Assembly: GCA_051252135.1 (NCBI GenBank)
Contig: JBPOGH010000005.1
Span: 160,001 to 224,000 of the forward strand
Reading direction: 5' to 3'
From: Verrucomicrobiaceae bacterium
GTDB taxonomy: Bacteria > Verrucomicrobiota > Verrucomicrobiia > Verrucomicrobiales > Akkermansiaceae
DNA length: 64,000 nucleotides
Both the position numbers and the translations under genes were made by a program. Every line of letters starts with the position of its first letter. The stretch's first letter is position 1. The notes under the pieces were generated by a model. It saw only the letters and a list, made by a program, of their open reading frames with translations, was not told where the DNA came from and made no database searches. Shown in pieces: positions 48,989 to 59,685 of this stretch.

Positions 48989-51130
48989 CTTGATTTTCTC
49001 CCGCGCTGATTCCACAAGCCGGTCCAATTCCTCAGTCCCCGGCTCCGAACTCCCGGGATTAAACCGGAGTTCCTGATACGTCGCCACCAATTCGGGAGCA
49101 TATTGCTCCAGCCACACCCCCATCGGCATCCCTGCGGGTCGGGAACCAAAACGCCGCACCAGCCACCGCTCAAATTCCCTCAGCGGATTCCCTTCCACCG
49201 CCCGCCTCTCCCAACTCGTCGCACTCATTCCTCCTCGCCGACCACCCGTCGTCCACAAACGATAAATCACATTCAAAATGATGAAAATCAGCCCCCCGAT
49301 AAGTACCACCTTCGTGATCAACGCCACCGTCGGACGCGCAAACCACACAATGAGATCGGCCTGAAACATCTGCCACCAATCGGACACCTTCTGCCCCCAG
49401 GTCATCTCCGGCATCGCATCCCCCAACCAATCCGGCGGAGTAAAATCCAACTCCACCCATTCCCCGCCACGACACCGCCACACCGGTTCCTTCCCCTCCT
49501 CCGCCTCATTCACCCACGTCCCACCCAGATAAGCCTGCGCCCACGCATGCGCATGCCGCCCCCGGAGAATCCACTCCCCCGGTTCATCACCCTGTTCATC
49601 CACCGCATAACCCACCACATAACGGGTCGGAATCTCCGCCCGCCTCAAAAGAAGCGCCGTCGATGCCGCAAAGTACTCGCAATGCCCCTTCTTCATCTCC
49701 GTTAAAAAATGTGTCACCGCCGGCTTGTTTCGATTCGGCCGCAGCTCCAGCGAATATTCAAAATCCCTCATAAACGCCGCCCGCAGTAGGGTGTACAGCA
49801 CTTCCTGCTCTCGTCGATCCGGCGTCGGAGGCTCCCAATCCCTCCCCACCTTGCCACGCCGTTCCAGAGTCCATTTCCGAAGATCATCCACTCCAAGCCT
49901 CTCCCAAAAATCGGTCACCCCCTTCAGCTCATTAAGAGGCAGCAGCATATCCCTCAAGGTCGGATCAAGCGCCCCCGTCGAAATCACATCCGGCTCTCCC
50001 GAGACGATCTCAATCTCCAGCGCGCCATGAGCCGGATCACTCAAGCGCGCCGTCCCGAGCGAACTTCCCTCCACTCCCTCAACCGAAAGGTTTCGAAAAT
50101 ACCGCGGATTCCTGGGCATCGGAATCAACGCCCCATCATCCACCAACCCCACCACCCGGCCCCTCACCGGCCAGTCTTTCTCCTCATCACCCGGCTCATA
50201 CAAATGATCCTGCTCCCGCTTGTGCAAAGTCTCAAAGTCACCACCCACATCCCGATCCACATCGATCTTTTCCCGCAGCGCCGATGACCGCCGCCCGGCC
50301 TTCCAAAAATTCGGTCCCGGAATATTATACACCGCCATCCGCAGCCGCTTCGGCGCCTTCCCCTCATCCTGATAATACCGCCAATCCACTTTCGGACTCA
50401 GCTGCAAATCACGCACCTTCCCCATCGATGTCTCCACCTCCCGCGCATCCTCAAAGTTCTCACTCTGCGCATACCGCCCCGAGCTCACGATTCCGTAAAT
50501 CTCATAAACCGCCCACGAAAGACCCACCGCTAAAACCACCGACACCAAATAAGCCATCCCCCACGCCACCGGCCTCACCTGCCGCTCACGCATAAAATAC
50601 AAACCAATCCCAAAAATCACCGCCACCCCAACCCCGAATCCCACCACACTCCGCAGACCCAATCCCGACGACACCAGGATCAACCCCACAAACGGAAACC
50701 CGATCTGGCACGGCTTCACCTTCACCGCCCGTCCCTCACGCCGGTCCTGATTGATCTTCCTCCGCGCAAAATACGAGAACGACGTCAGCGGCACCCCCCG
50801 ATCGGACGCATACTGCTGCGCCAAACCCAACGGCAAAAAGATAAACGGCAACCACGAGAGCAACTCCAGCGACGCCTCCGCCGTCGGCTCCTCATCCGAG
50901 GCGAAAAACCGCACCGCCACCACAATCAGCACAATCACACAAAGCTGCCACGCCCGCACAAATCCCTTCTCCCCGAACTCCCAACGCAGGTTCGTCCAAT
51001 GCCGCGCCTCCATCAAAATCGCCGTCACCAACCCCACAAAAGGATACTCCCCCATCGCACCCCAAAAAAGAAAGGCCACCCCCAGCAACAAGCGGGGCGG
51101 AGCTTTCAACATGACCTTTTCTTCTTCCAT
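48932..51130 (-). CDS. Membrane transglutaminase-like protein
   Basis: N-terminal TMs; GHCEYFA, HAHAWA and LDFTP catalytic triad motifs. Confidence 0.88.
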   Translation of the reverse strand: MEEEKVMLKAPPRLLLGVAFLFWGAMGEYPFVGLVTAILMEARHWTNLRWEFGEKGFVRAWQLCVIVLIVVAVRFFASDEEPTAEASLELLSWLPFIFLPLGLAQQYASDRGVPLTSFSYFARRKINQDRREGRAVKVKPCQIGFPFVGLILVSSGLGLRSVVGFGVGVAVIFGIGLYFMRERQVRPVAWGMAYLVSVVLAVGLSWAVYEIYGIVSSGRYAQSENFEDAREVETSMGKVRDLQLSPKVDWRYYQDEGKAPKRLRMAVYNIPGPNFWKAGRRSSALREKIDVDRDVGGDFETLHKREQDHLYEPGDEEKDWPVRGRVVGLVDDGALIPMPRNPRYFRNLSVEGVEGSSLGTARLSDPAHGALEIEIVSGEPDVISTGALDPTLRDMLLPLNELKGVTDFWERLGVDDLRKWTLERRGKVGRDWEPPTPDRREQEVLYTLLRAAFMRDFEYSLELRPNRNKPAVTHFLTEMKKGHCEYFAASTALLLRRAEIPTRYVVGYAVDEQGDEPGEWILRGRHAHAWAQAYLGGTWVNEAEEGKEPVWRCRGGEWVELDFTPPDWLGDAMPEMTWGQKVSDWWQMFQADLIVWFARPTVALITKVVLIGGLIFIILNVIYRLWTTGGRRGGMSATSWERRAVEGNPLREFERWLVRRFGSRPAGMPMGVWLEQYAPELVATYQELRFNPGSSEPGTEELDRLVESAREKIKLSAATAKKEGASEGHKES

Positions 51131-52527
51131 CAGCTCATCAATAAATCCTCCTGCACGTGATCCCAGCGGAGCCAATGCATCCCGCGCGCCTCCTCCGGAG
51201 CCTCTCCCGCTCCAATCACATAAACATGAACCTCCAGCCCGGCAAGTCGTAACAATTCCACAAAATTCCGCCGCTCCTCACTCCACCCGCTCAGCACCAC
51301 CACACACGCCGTCATCTCCGACGCATAGCGCAACACCAACCCCTTCAGCTGATCATACTTCTCCACCTCACTCCCCTCAACCCGCGCCAGCACCTCCATC
51401 AGCTTCTCCGCCCTCGCCACCCCGCGGCCCGCCGTAAACACCACCGGCGAATCGTGCACAAACATCAAGTCCAACAGACACCGGTTCCGATCCATCGTCG
51501 ACACAAAGCTCGCCGCCACCGACACCGCCTCTTCAAAAAGACCCGGCCCGCTCGACCTCAAGCTCGTATCCAGCACCAACCCGTAGCGGGGAAACCTCGC
51601 CTCCTCATTCTCCTTCACAATCGGCTCCCCTGTCCGCGCCCACGCCTTCCAGTCGATTTTGCGCAACGAGTCACCCTGTTGATACTCCCGCAACCCCAAA
51701 AACTCACCGCCCTCACCTCGCACATTCGATGCCGTCTCACCGCCCACCTTCAACTCCGACTTCCCCTGCAACCGCAGTTCCGGCAACCGGTAACGCCTCG
51801 GGATCACCACAATCTCATCCATCGACCCGCTCGTCTTCCGGCACCTCCGAAAAAATCCAAAAGGATCCGGCAGCTCCACCCGCACATCATTCAATCGCAA
51901 TACCCCCCTCCGGTTGGGCAGCAATGACAACCGCGTCTCCACCGACTTCCCGCGCCCCACCACCAACCCCTTGCTCCGGCCCAAACTCCTCCAACGCCCG
52001 CCCCGGTCCGTCAGCCACTTCCATCGGTAAAAAGCAAAAACCCGATCCCATATGTTCCTCTTCTCCTCACCCGGCTCCTTCAAATTCAAAAACTCCCACT
52101 CCGTCGGCCGGGGATCATCACCCGTCTCCCGTAGAAAAATATCCCGTAAAATACTCCGGCCCTCGTTCGTCACCCGCACCGAATACTTCAGCGCCTCTCC
52201 GACTGATCCCGACCTCGGCACCTCGCGCACAACCGACACCTTCGCCCTCCTCAAAAACGCCCAAATCAACCCCACCCCCAGAAGCCCGGTCAGCAGCGCC
52301 GAAAACATCACCACCACACTCTGGTTCACATTCGCACCCAGCATCATGCTGATCAGCAGCAGCCCCATCAAAAACCACGCCAGCGGCGTAACCCGTCTCC
52401 TTACAAAAAATCCGACCGCACTTCCGGAGCGGTAGTTCTTGCAGAGCCACCGGTAAAAAAAGCGGCTACCTCCCGTCATTTCCATCACCTTAACAAAACC
52501 ATAGGAACTGCCTCCCCGCAAGATCAC
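51130..52527 (-). CDS. DUF58 domain protein
   Basis: EFLGLREYQQGDSLRKIDWKAWAR. Confidence 0.9.
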   Translation of the reverse strand: MILRGGSSYGFVKVMEMTGGSRFFYRWLCKNYRSGSAVGFFVRRRVTPLAWFLMGLLLISMMLGANVNQSVVVMFSALLTGLLGVGLIWAFLRRAKVSVVREVPRSGSVGEALKYSVRVTNEGRSILRDIFLRETGDDPRPTEWEFLNLKEPGEEKRNIWDRVFAFYRWKWLTDRGGRWRSLGRSKGLVVGRGKSVETRLSLLPNRRGVLRLNDVRVELPDPFGFFRRCRKTSGSMDEIVVIPRRYRLPELRLQGKSELKVGGETASNVRGEGGEFLGLREYQQGDSLRKIDWKAWARTGEPIVKENEEARFPRYGLVLDTSLRSSGPGLFEEAVSVAASFVSTMDRNRCLLDLMFVHDSPVVFTAGRGVARAEKLMEVLARVEGSEVEKYDQLKGLVLRYASEMTACVVVLSGWSEERRNFVELLRLAGLEVHVYVIGAGEAPEEARGMHWLRWDHVQEDLLMS

Positions 52528-53465
52528 ACCGGCACCGCAAGCGACTCCATCACTTCCGCCACCACATCCCGTCCCGTCCGCCCCGCATACGCCGCATCGG
52601 GTTCCAGCACCAGACGGTGCGCCACCACATCCGCGGCCAACGCCTGAATCGTCTCCGGCACCACAAAATCCCTTCCCTCAAAAAGCGTTATCGCCTGCGC
52701 AATCCGCTTCAGCCCCAATGACGCCCGCGGACTCGCCGCCAGCCTCACCTCGGGCAATTCCCGCGTTCCCGCCACCAGCCGCACAATGTATTCCTGAAGG
52801 TCCGGGGTAATCGACACCGACTTCACCGCCTCCTGCACCTGACGCACTTCCTCCCGCGTCACCACCGCCTTCAATCGCGTCAACGGATGCTCCTGATTCT
52901 GCGCCTCCAGAATCGCCAGCTCATTCTCAACCGACACATACCCCAGCGATCTCTTCAGCGCAAAACGATCCATCTGCGCCTCCGGCAGCGGATAGGTCCC
53001 CCGCAACTCCACCGGATTCTGCGTCGCAATCACAAAAAACAACTCACCCAAATCATGCCGCACCCCTTCAATCGTTGCCTGCCCCTCCGCCATCGCCTCC
53101 AACAAAGCACTCTGCGTTCGGGGCGACGCCCGGTTGATCTCATCCGCTAACAAAATATCCGTAAACACCGGCCCCTGATGAAACTCAAAGGTCGACGTCC
53201 GCGCATCCAGCACACTCACCCCCAGAATATCCGAGGGCAACAAATCCGGCGTAAACTGAATCCGTTGAAATGCCGTCTCTCCAATCGAAGCCGCGATCGC
53301 CTTTGCCAGCGTCGTCTTCCCCGTCCCTGGCGAATCCTCCAGCAACACGTGTCCCCCCGCCATCATCGACGCCAGAACCCGCCTTACGGTCTCCTTCTGA
53401 CCAAGCATCACTTCTCCTACCGATGCTTCCAGTTTGGAAGCCGTTTCAAACGCAGCCTTTATCAT
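52524..53465 (-). CDS. MoxR family AAA+ ATPase
   Basis: PGTGKT, RIQFTPDLLPSD, LADEINRA and ATQNP motifs. Confidence 0.95.
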   Translation of the reverse strand: MIKAAFETASKLEASVGEVMLGQKETVRRVLASMMAGGHVLLEDSPGTGKTTLAKAIAASIGETAFQRIQFTPDLLPSDILGVSVLDARTSTFEFHQGPVFTDILLADEINRASPRTQSALLEAMAEGQATIEGVRHDLGELFFVIATQNPVELRGTYPLPEAQMDRFALKRSLGYVSVENELAILEAQNQEHPLTRLKAVVTREEVRQVQEAVKSVSITPDLQEYIVRLVAGTRELPEVRLAASPRASLGLKRIAQAITLFEGRDFVVPETIQALAADVVAHRLVLEPDAAYAGRTGRDVVAEVMESLAVPV

Positions 53466-55528
53466 TGATCCTTTTCTTCTCGCTCCTTGTCCCAGGCCTC
53501 CCAGACGGGATCAGCCACCTCTTCATGCCACGCGAACAACTTCTTGATCGCCTCGTAATCCTCCCCCGCCAAATTCTTCTTAAGCTCCACCAGCGTAAAC
53601 GCATTGCGCATCCGCTTCCCCCGATTCGTCGGCAGCCACAGCTCCACATCAATCATCACCCGCGGCCCTTCCTTCGTCTCTGCCACAATCAACAGAGGAC
53701 AATGCATCTCCAGCCCGCGCCCCGCATCAACCATCATGCTCACCCCCTGAAATCGACCCTCCTTCTTCGTCGCCAACAACTCGTCCTTCTCAACCGCCGC
53801 CTTCACCCCGCGCATCGATGATGTCAAATCCCGTAACAATTTCGTCCCCTTCTCCGGAGCCGCAAAAACACCCGACCCCTTGAGCAACATCCGCACATCA
53901 CCCTCCCCCAGCAATTCCCGCCACCCCTTCGCCGCCTCCACCGCTTCATTCTCCGACGGAGCCTCCGCCGTGGAATCAAATGTCGCGACCTCCTTCATCA
54001 CCTCACTCACATAAGACTTCTTGAGCTCCTTTTCGTCTTCAAAAAATGTCCGCGTCAGCTCCTGAACCACCTCCGCATACTTCGCCGCCCGCTCCCCTTT
54101 CTTGAAATGACTCTTGTCCGGGACAAACGCCCAACCATCGCCCTGCTTCTCCATCCACACCGATTCAAATCCTGCTTCCCAATCACCCGGACGCTCCACC
54201 CGCATCAGCCCCAGCGCCACCCCATCCTTCACATGGTGCTTGGTCACCGCCGCCCTGATCGAATCCGCCTTGCCATAAAGATGAGCCCACCACCGCGTTG
54301 CCTGGTGATACCGCGTCATCCGGGCCTCCCCCGCATCAGCTGCCGCCTGCAAGGCCTCCTCATCCGGCTCCTCGTCATCCTCATCCACCTCCACCACCGG
54401 ATTCTCATCACGAATCAAATAACGCAGCGCCTCCCGCAACGAACCCTTCTCCAGATGCTTCGCCAATGCAGTCATCAACGCCTCGGGCGACTCCGCTCGC
54501 AGCGCCGCATGCTTCTTCTCAAAGATCGTCGCCAACTCCGCGCTCTTTTCCTCATCGCGCCAATTGAACTCCTCCCGGTGCGCCGTGAAATGTGTCGAGG
54601 CATCCTCATCCGAATAGGTGAAAAATGTCGGCACCACCACCCGCCAACCCGCACCGCCATTCTTCAGCGTAAACCGCAACACCCGATTCTCCTCGCTATC
54701 CAGACCCGTCTCAAAATTGGAAATAAAACCCATCAGCACCGATGCCGAATCCTGATCCTTCAGGACCTCCACCTCCACCTGCAACACCGCCGGATCAGTC
54801 AGCAACCTCCACGCCCGCTGCCGGTCCCGGTCCGCCATCCCCACCTCGGTCGAACGGATCATCCGCTCCCAGTCACGATCATCCTGCATCGTCCGCTCCA
54901 ATATCCCCTGCCACACCAGCAACTCATTCGTCTTCCGCTCACGCGCCGCTGCTAGAAATCGCTTCATCACCTCCTCCGGCGTCGCCGATTTCAGCGTCTC
55001 CGCATCCACCAGTCCCTCCAGCGATTCACGATACCGCTCCAGCTCCTTCTCCCGAAACTTCGCTCCCCCACTCACCCGCTCCCGAGCCATCCAGCGCTCC
55101 AAAACCCGTGCCCTCTCCCTCACCTCATCATCAAATCCCAAACCCACATTCTCAAAGGAACCCTCCACCGGAGCCACCTTCCACTCCCCCTTCTCCCGCT
55201 TCAGTCCCAACGCAAAAATCCGCATCCCGTCCGGCCCCGACTCCCCGCGCCCTGCCACAATCACCCCCGCCAAATCTCCATCCACTTTCTCCTGCCCCGC
55301 CACAAAAATCGCCTCCTCCGCCTTCGCCCACGACCACACATTCTGCCACCGCTCCCCGATCATCTCCCGCTTCCCCGGCCCGCAAAAGGGCGAGATCGCC
55401 AGCTCCTCAAGGCTCCCCGCCCGCACCTTGCCGTCCCGGGCAGCCTGCAACACCTTCAGTGCAACCTCCGATGGCTCCCCCGCGGGAAGCAAAAGACTGG
55501 AGAGCAAAAAAAGAACCGGAACTCGCAT
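53462..55528 (-). CDS. Hypothetical secreted protein
   Basis: Long ORF with a signal-like N-terminus; ATGA overlap with the MoxR gene. Confidence 0.75.
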   Translation of the reverse strand: MRVPVLFLLSSLLLPAGEPSEVALKVLQAARDGKVRAGSLEELAISPFCGPGKREMIGERWQNVWSWAKAEEAIFVAGQEKVDGDLAGVIVAGRGESGPDGMRIFALGLKREKGEWKVAPVEGSFENVGLGFDDEVRERARVLERWMARERVSGGAKFREKELERYRESLEGLVDAETLKSATPEEVMKRFLAAARERKTNELLVWQGILERTMQDDRDWERMIRSTEVGMADRDRQRAWRLLTDPAVLQVEVEVLKDQDSASVLMGFISNFETGLDSEENRVLRFTLKNGGAGWRVVVPTFFTYSDEDASTHFTAHREEFNWRDEEKSAELATIFEKKHAALRAESPEALMTALAKHLEKGSLREALRYLIRDENPVVEVDEDDEEPDEEALQAAADAGEARMTRYHQATRWWAHLYGKADSIRAAVTKHHVKDGVALGLMRVERPGDWEAGFESVWMEKQGDGWAFVPDKSHFKKGERAAKYAEVVQELTRTFFEDEKELKKSYVSEVMKEVATFDSTAEAPSENEAVEAAKGWRELLGEGDVRMLLKGSGVFAAPEKGTKLLRDLTSSMRGVKAAVEKDELLATKKEGRFQGVSMMVDAGRGLEMHCPLLIVAETKEGPRVMIDVELWLPTNRGKRMRNAFTLVELKKNLAGEDYEAIKKLFAWHEEVADPVWEAWDKEREEKDQ

Positions 55529-55588
55529 GGGCCCGACTCTCTCATTGCCACCACCATGACACAAGCATGCAAGTTGCAACTGTATCTA

Positions 55589-56677
55589 TCAAAAGTCACG
55601 TCGGCAAAACATCCACGCCGCCAAAGAGAGCATCACCGCCTCAAACGCCAGTGACGTCCCCAGTGTATACGCCAGCGAATGCCGCTTCGCCACATCATCC
55701 ACCACCTGCAAATATTCATCCGGAGACTCCTCCCGGTCCTCCGCCTCCACCTCCACCCCCAGCATCATTTCAAACAAACTGCTCTCCCGAAACCCCCGCT
55801 CCCCGTTCACCACCAACGCATTCTTCGCCGCATCAATCATCGGTGACGTCTTCGGAAAGAACCCATAAGCCAGCTTCGCCTTCTGATACCAACCCTTCAG
55901 TTGGACAAGCGACTCCAGATCCTCCCCGGTCTCGGAATCCTCCTCTTCCACAGCCTCTTCCCCCCCTTCTTCCGTCACCACCGGCTCGTCCCGAACCTGC
56001 TTCGCCTGCTCCGTTGCAATCTCCCCCATCCGCACCATCTGATACATCTGACTCTCCACCGCCTCCGCAATCCAAGACACCAACCACAGCCCCATCGTCA
56101 GCAAGATTGCCGCCAGCACCGACCGCGTCTTCACCGCAATCACCACCAGAAACGAATACAAAAAGCTGAACATCAGCAGCGTCGCCGGCAAAAACCAAAA
56201 CAAGGACAGATTCCAAAAGCCCAACCGCCACCGCATCGCCACCAACACGATCACGATAAACACCCCCACCTGAATCAGCATAAACAACAAACTCCCCGCA
56301 TACTTCGCCCCAAAAACCATCAGCCGCGACGGACGCTTCGTCAGCAACATCCCCGCCGAACCCTCATCCATCGCCTGCGGAAAAATCGACGCACACGAGA
56401 TCAACGCCAGAATCACCGCCACCCACGACAACCAAAACCCCACAATCACCTTAATGAAAATCCCCGTATAAAGAATCTCCGCCCCCGCACTCCCCTTCCG
56501 GTGCACCTCGCTCTCAATGTCCGTCAGCCCAAAGAACAGCGTCACCCCCTTCTCATCAAAACCAATCGACAAATAAAGCAACGCCACCAACAACGAAATC
56601 CCCAACGTCACCCAAAAGATCGCCCCCGATTTCAACATCCGGAACGAATCTAACAAAATCGCGTAAAATGCTTTCAT
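55589..56677 (-). CDS. ABC-2-type transporter permease
   Basis: Multiple TMs; LLTKRPSR...AKY and FCRRDF C-terminus. Confidence 0.85.
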   Translation of the reverse strand: MKAFYAILLDSFRMLKSGAIFWVTLGISLLVALLYLSIGFDEKGVTLFFGLTDIESEVHRKGSAGAEILYTGIFIKVIVGFWLSWVAVILALISCASIFPQAMDEGSAGMLLTKRPSRLMVFGAKYAGSLLFMLIQVGVFIVIVLVAMRWRLGFWNLSLFWFLPATLLMFSFLYSFLVVIAVKTRSVLAAILLTMGLWLVSWIAEAVESQMYQMVRMGEIATEQAKQVRDEPVVTEEGGEEAVEEEDSETGEDLESLVQLKGWYQKAKLAYGFFPKTSPMIDAAKNALVVNGERGFRESSLFEMMLGVEVEAEDREESPDEYLQVVDDVAKRHSLAYTLGTSLAFEAVMLSLAAWMFCRRDF

Positions 56678-57606
56678 GACAACGGCGGTGGCTTCGGGGC
56701 CGAGGCAGCCACCAACTCAAGAAACAAATCCTCCAGCGACTGCTCCTTTCGGAAAACACGCCCAATCACCAGTCCCTCGGACCGCAGCGCATCAATCAAC
56801 GGCTGCACCTCCGCCGCCTTCCCCGTCTTCACCTCAATCCTCCCCGGCTCAAACCTCACCCCCTCACCCGCAAACTTCCCCTCCGCCCCCTCGGAAAGCA
56901 CCCCCGCAAACTCGATCTCATAAACCACCTCGGTCGATCTCAGCGATTCCAGCGGCCCCTCCCCCAGCAGCGTCCCGTTCGACATAATCGCCACCCGATC
57001 CACCACCTGCTCCAGCTCCGGCAGCAGATGCGTATTGATAAACACCGTCTTCCCCTCACCCCGCAACCCCCGGACCATCTCCAGAATCTCTCGCCTCCCC
57101 GCCGGATCCACCCCATCCGTCGGCTCGTCCAAAAAAATAATCTCCGGATCATTCACCAGCGCCTGCGCTATCCCGATCCGCTGCTTCATCCCCTTCGAAT
57201 AACTCTTGATCTTGCGACCCTGCGTCTCCGCCATCCCCACCTTTTCCAACAGCACATCGGTCCGACTCCTCACCTCCCCCGATGACACCCCGTTCAACCC
57301 CGCCGAAAACTCAATCACCTGACGCCCCGTCAAATAATCCGGAAACCGCGCATGCTCCGGCAACAACCCCACCTTCGCCAACGCACCCCGATCCCCAATC
57401 CGCTTCCCCAACATCTGCCCCGTCCCGCCACTCGGACGAATCAAGGTCGTCAATATCTTCACCATCGTCGACTTCCCCGCCCCATTCGGCCCCAACAACC
57501 CGTACACACACCCCCTCGGCACCTCCAAATCAATCCCCTTCAACGCCTCCACCCCGCCCGCGTAGGTCTTCCGCATCCCCGATATCTCCAGTGCCAATGA
57601 TTCCAC
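56674..57606 (-). CDS. ABC transporter ATP-binding protein
   Basis: GPNGAGKST, YSKGMKQR and FLDEPT motifs. Confidence 0.93.
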   Translation of the reverse strand: MESLALEISGMRKTYAGGVEALKGIDLEVPRGCVYGLLGPNGAGKSTMVKILTTLIRPSGGTGQMLGKRIGDRGALAKVGLLPEHARFPDYLTGRQVIEFSAGLNGVSSGEVRSRTDVLLEKVGMAETQGRKIKSYSKGMKQRIGIAQALVNDPEIIFLDEPTDGVDPAGRREILEMVRGLRGEGKTVFINTHLLPELEQVVDRVAIMSNGTLLGEGPLESLRSTEVVYEIEFAGVLSEGAEGKFAGEGVRFEPGRIEVKTGKAAEVQPLIDALRSEGLVIGRVFRKEQSLEDLFLELVAASAPKPPPLS

Positions 57607-57671
57607 CCCTCCAATCTGGGCATTCCCCTTCTCGCTGTCAACACAGCGGGTTTGTGCCTACCCTGCCCCCC

Positions 57672-58142
57672 GTGAAACACGTCCTCTTCGTCTGCCTCGG
57701 AAACATCTGCCGCTCCCCCGCCGGCGAAAACATCTTCCGCCAAATTGTCAAAGACGCCGGCCTCTCCGACACCATCCTCTGCGACTCCGCCGGCACCGAA
57801 GGCTGGCACACCGGAAAATCCCCCGACGCCCGCATGTCCAAAACCATCAAAAAACGCGGCTACCTCGTCACCGGCAGTGCTCGTCAATTCAGCTTAAATG
57901 ACTTCGACGCCTTCGACCTCATCCTCACCATGGATGACGAAAACTTCACCAACGTCACCAGGCTCGCCCACTCCCCCGACCAGCTCGCCCGCGTCAAACG
58001 CTTCACCGACTTCTGCACCCAACACGACCACACCGAAGTCCCCGATCCCTACTACGGCGGCACCGCCGGCTTCGAGCTCGTCGCCGACCTCCTCGAGGAC
58101 GGCTGCCAAAACATCCTCAACTCCCTCCGCCAATCATCATGA
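57672..58142 (+). CDS. Low molecular weight protein-tyrosine phosphatase
   Basis: VLFVCLGNICRSP and VPDPYYG motifs. Confidence 0.93.
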   Translation: MKHVLFVCLGNICRSPAGENIFRQIVKDAGLSDTILCDSAGTEGWHTGKSPDARMSKTIKKRGYLVTGSARQFSLNDFDAFDLILTMDDENFTNVTRLAHSPDQLARVKRFTDFCTQHDHTEVPDPYYGGTAGFELVADLLEDGCQNILNSLRQSS

Positions 58143-58597
58143 AACTCCTCCTCATCCCCGTCCTCCTCCTCACCCTCGTCTCCTGCTCGCCGGACACCGG
58201 GAAGATCGCCCCCGAAATGACCGGCTCCTGGAGCGGCGAAGCCAAAGTCATCGTCGACTGGGTCAAACAACCCTCCCTCCCCGTCGCCATTGAGATTAAC
58301 CAAAATGGCACCGTCTCCGGCACCATCGGCGATGCCACCCTCTCCGAAGCAACCCTCAAACCCAACCGCGGAGCCATCGGAAAAAAACTCAACCTCGCCA
58401 CCGACTTCATCATCACCGGAAACCTCCGCGGCCCCCTCATCCAATCGGAAAACATCACCCGTGACTCCGTCTCCATCCCCCTCAACTTCTCCACCGACCG
58501 CTTCACCGGCGGCATCCACACCAGCGGCTCCAAACTCGGAAAAAACGACACCAGAATCTTCTCCGCCGCCAACCTCACCTTGCGTCCCACCCAATGA
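58139..58597 (+). CDS. Putative lipoprotein
   Basis: MKLLLIPVLLLTLVSC lipobox. Confidence 0.7.
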   Translation: MKLLLIPVLLLTLVSCSPDTGKIAPEMTGSWSGEAKVIVDWVKQPSLPVAIEINQNGTVSGTIGDATLSEATLKPNRGAIGKKLNLATDFIITGNLRGPLIQSENITRDSVSIPLNFSTDRFTGGIHTSGSKLGKNDTRIFSAANLTLRPTQ

Positions 58598-58773
58598 ACC
58601 ATCGGGCCGATAAAACAAAGAAGCCTACTATCAAATCAATCCGTATAATCAGAGAAAATTAACCAAAAGGGCTTCCGCTATTCACTCATTGACAACTGAT
58701 TTCCAAAAATTTAAATCCGCCCGAATCGGGAGAGTCGAACCAACGTCCTTCCCTCGTAGCCTCCCAAAAAAGA

Positions 58774-59577
58774 ATGAACACCTCCATGCTCAAAACCATC
58801 GGACTCTCAGCCTTCGCCCTGTCGCTTTCCAACGTCCAGGCCGTCAACGTCTTCATCGTTTCGGATAACCCCACCGATCCGCTCATCTCCTTCGTCACGA
58901 CAAACTTCAGCAACGTCGACTCCGTCACGACAGACTCCTACGCCACCGGAGCTCCCGCGACCACTGGAAGCGACATCGTCATCTTCAGCCGCAATACCAA
59001 CAGCGGAAACTACAGCAACAACGTCACTGAAATCGACTCCTGGAACAGCCTCCCCAACAACATGCTTCTCATGAGCTCCTTCATGCTCCGGGACGTCCGC
59101 TTGGGCTGGACCGATAACGGAGACCTCCCCCAGCCTTCCTCAGCTGGCAACGAAACCACTCTCGTCGTTCCCGCAGACCCCCTCTTCGCAGGACTCAGCG
59201 GAACATCAGTCGACCTTTATAATGTCGACGGTGCCTCCGGAAACATCGACCGCGTCGGCGGCACCGGTGGCGTCGGCGGCGGAACCATTCTCGCAACAAT
59301 TGCCGGCAACAACGCCATCGCTCGATACCCATCCGGCTCCGCCCTTGCGGACATCACCCCGGGAGGTTTCACCACCACCCAGATCACCCACGGCGGTGAC
59401 CGCATCTTCATGTCCCTCCACGTGGGCTCCGGCGGAATCGACCCCAGCCTCACCTCCGATGGCCAGATCGTTCTCACCAACGCTCTTAAGGAAATGGGCC
59501 TCAATGCCGTGCCGGAACCTTCCTCCGCTCTCTTCGGACTCCTCAGCGCCGGACTCCTCATCCGCCGCCGTCGTTAG
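58774..59577 (+). CDS. PEP-CTERM sorting domain protein
   Basis: Signal peptide; C-terminal VPEPSSALFGLLSAGLLIRRRR. Confidence 0.9.
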   Translation: MNTSMLKTIGLSAFALSLSNVQAVNVFIVSDNPTDPLISFVTTNFSNVDSVTTDSYATGAPATTGSDIVIFSRNTNSGNYSNNVTEIDSWNSLPNNMLLMSSFMLRDVRLGWTDNGDLPQPSSAGNETTLVVPADPLFAGLSGTSVDLYNVDGASGNIDRVGGTGGVGGGTILATIAGNNAIARYPSGSALADITPGGFTTTQITHGGDRIFMSLHVGSGGIDPSLTSDGQIVLTNALKEMGLNAVPEPSSALFGLLSAGLLIRRRR

Positions 59578-59597
59578 TCTGTTAAAAAATCTCCCAG

Positions 59598-59628
59598 CCG
59601 GGCAGTCGCTAGACTGCCCGGTTTTTTT
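59598..59628 (+). terminator. Intrinsic terminator
   Basis: CCGGGCAGTC-GCTA-GACTGCCCGG followed by T7. Confidence 0.9.
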
Positions 59629-59685
59629 GTGCCTTCCTCTCTTGAAGGCTTGTCCCCGCTCCCCCAATCCGCTTCCTTTTCCATA

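Noticed and set aside
48932..57606. MoxR-DUF58-transglutaminase plus ABC cluster as a novel system
   Set aside because: This is a well-known, widespread gene arrangement, and nothing beyond one hypothetical gene is unusual
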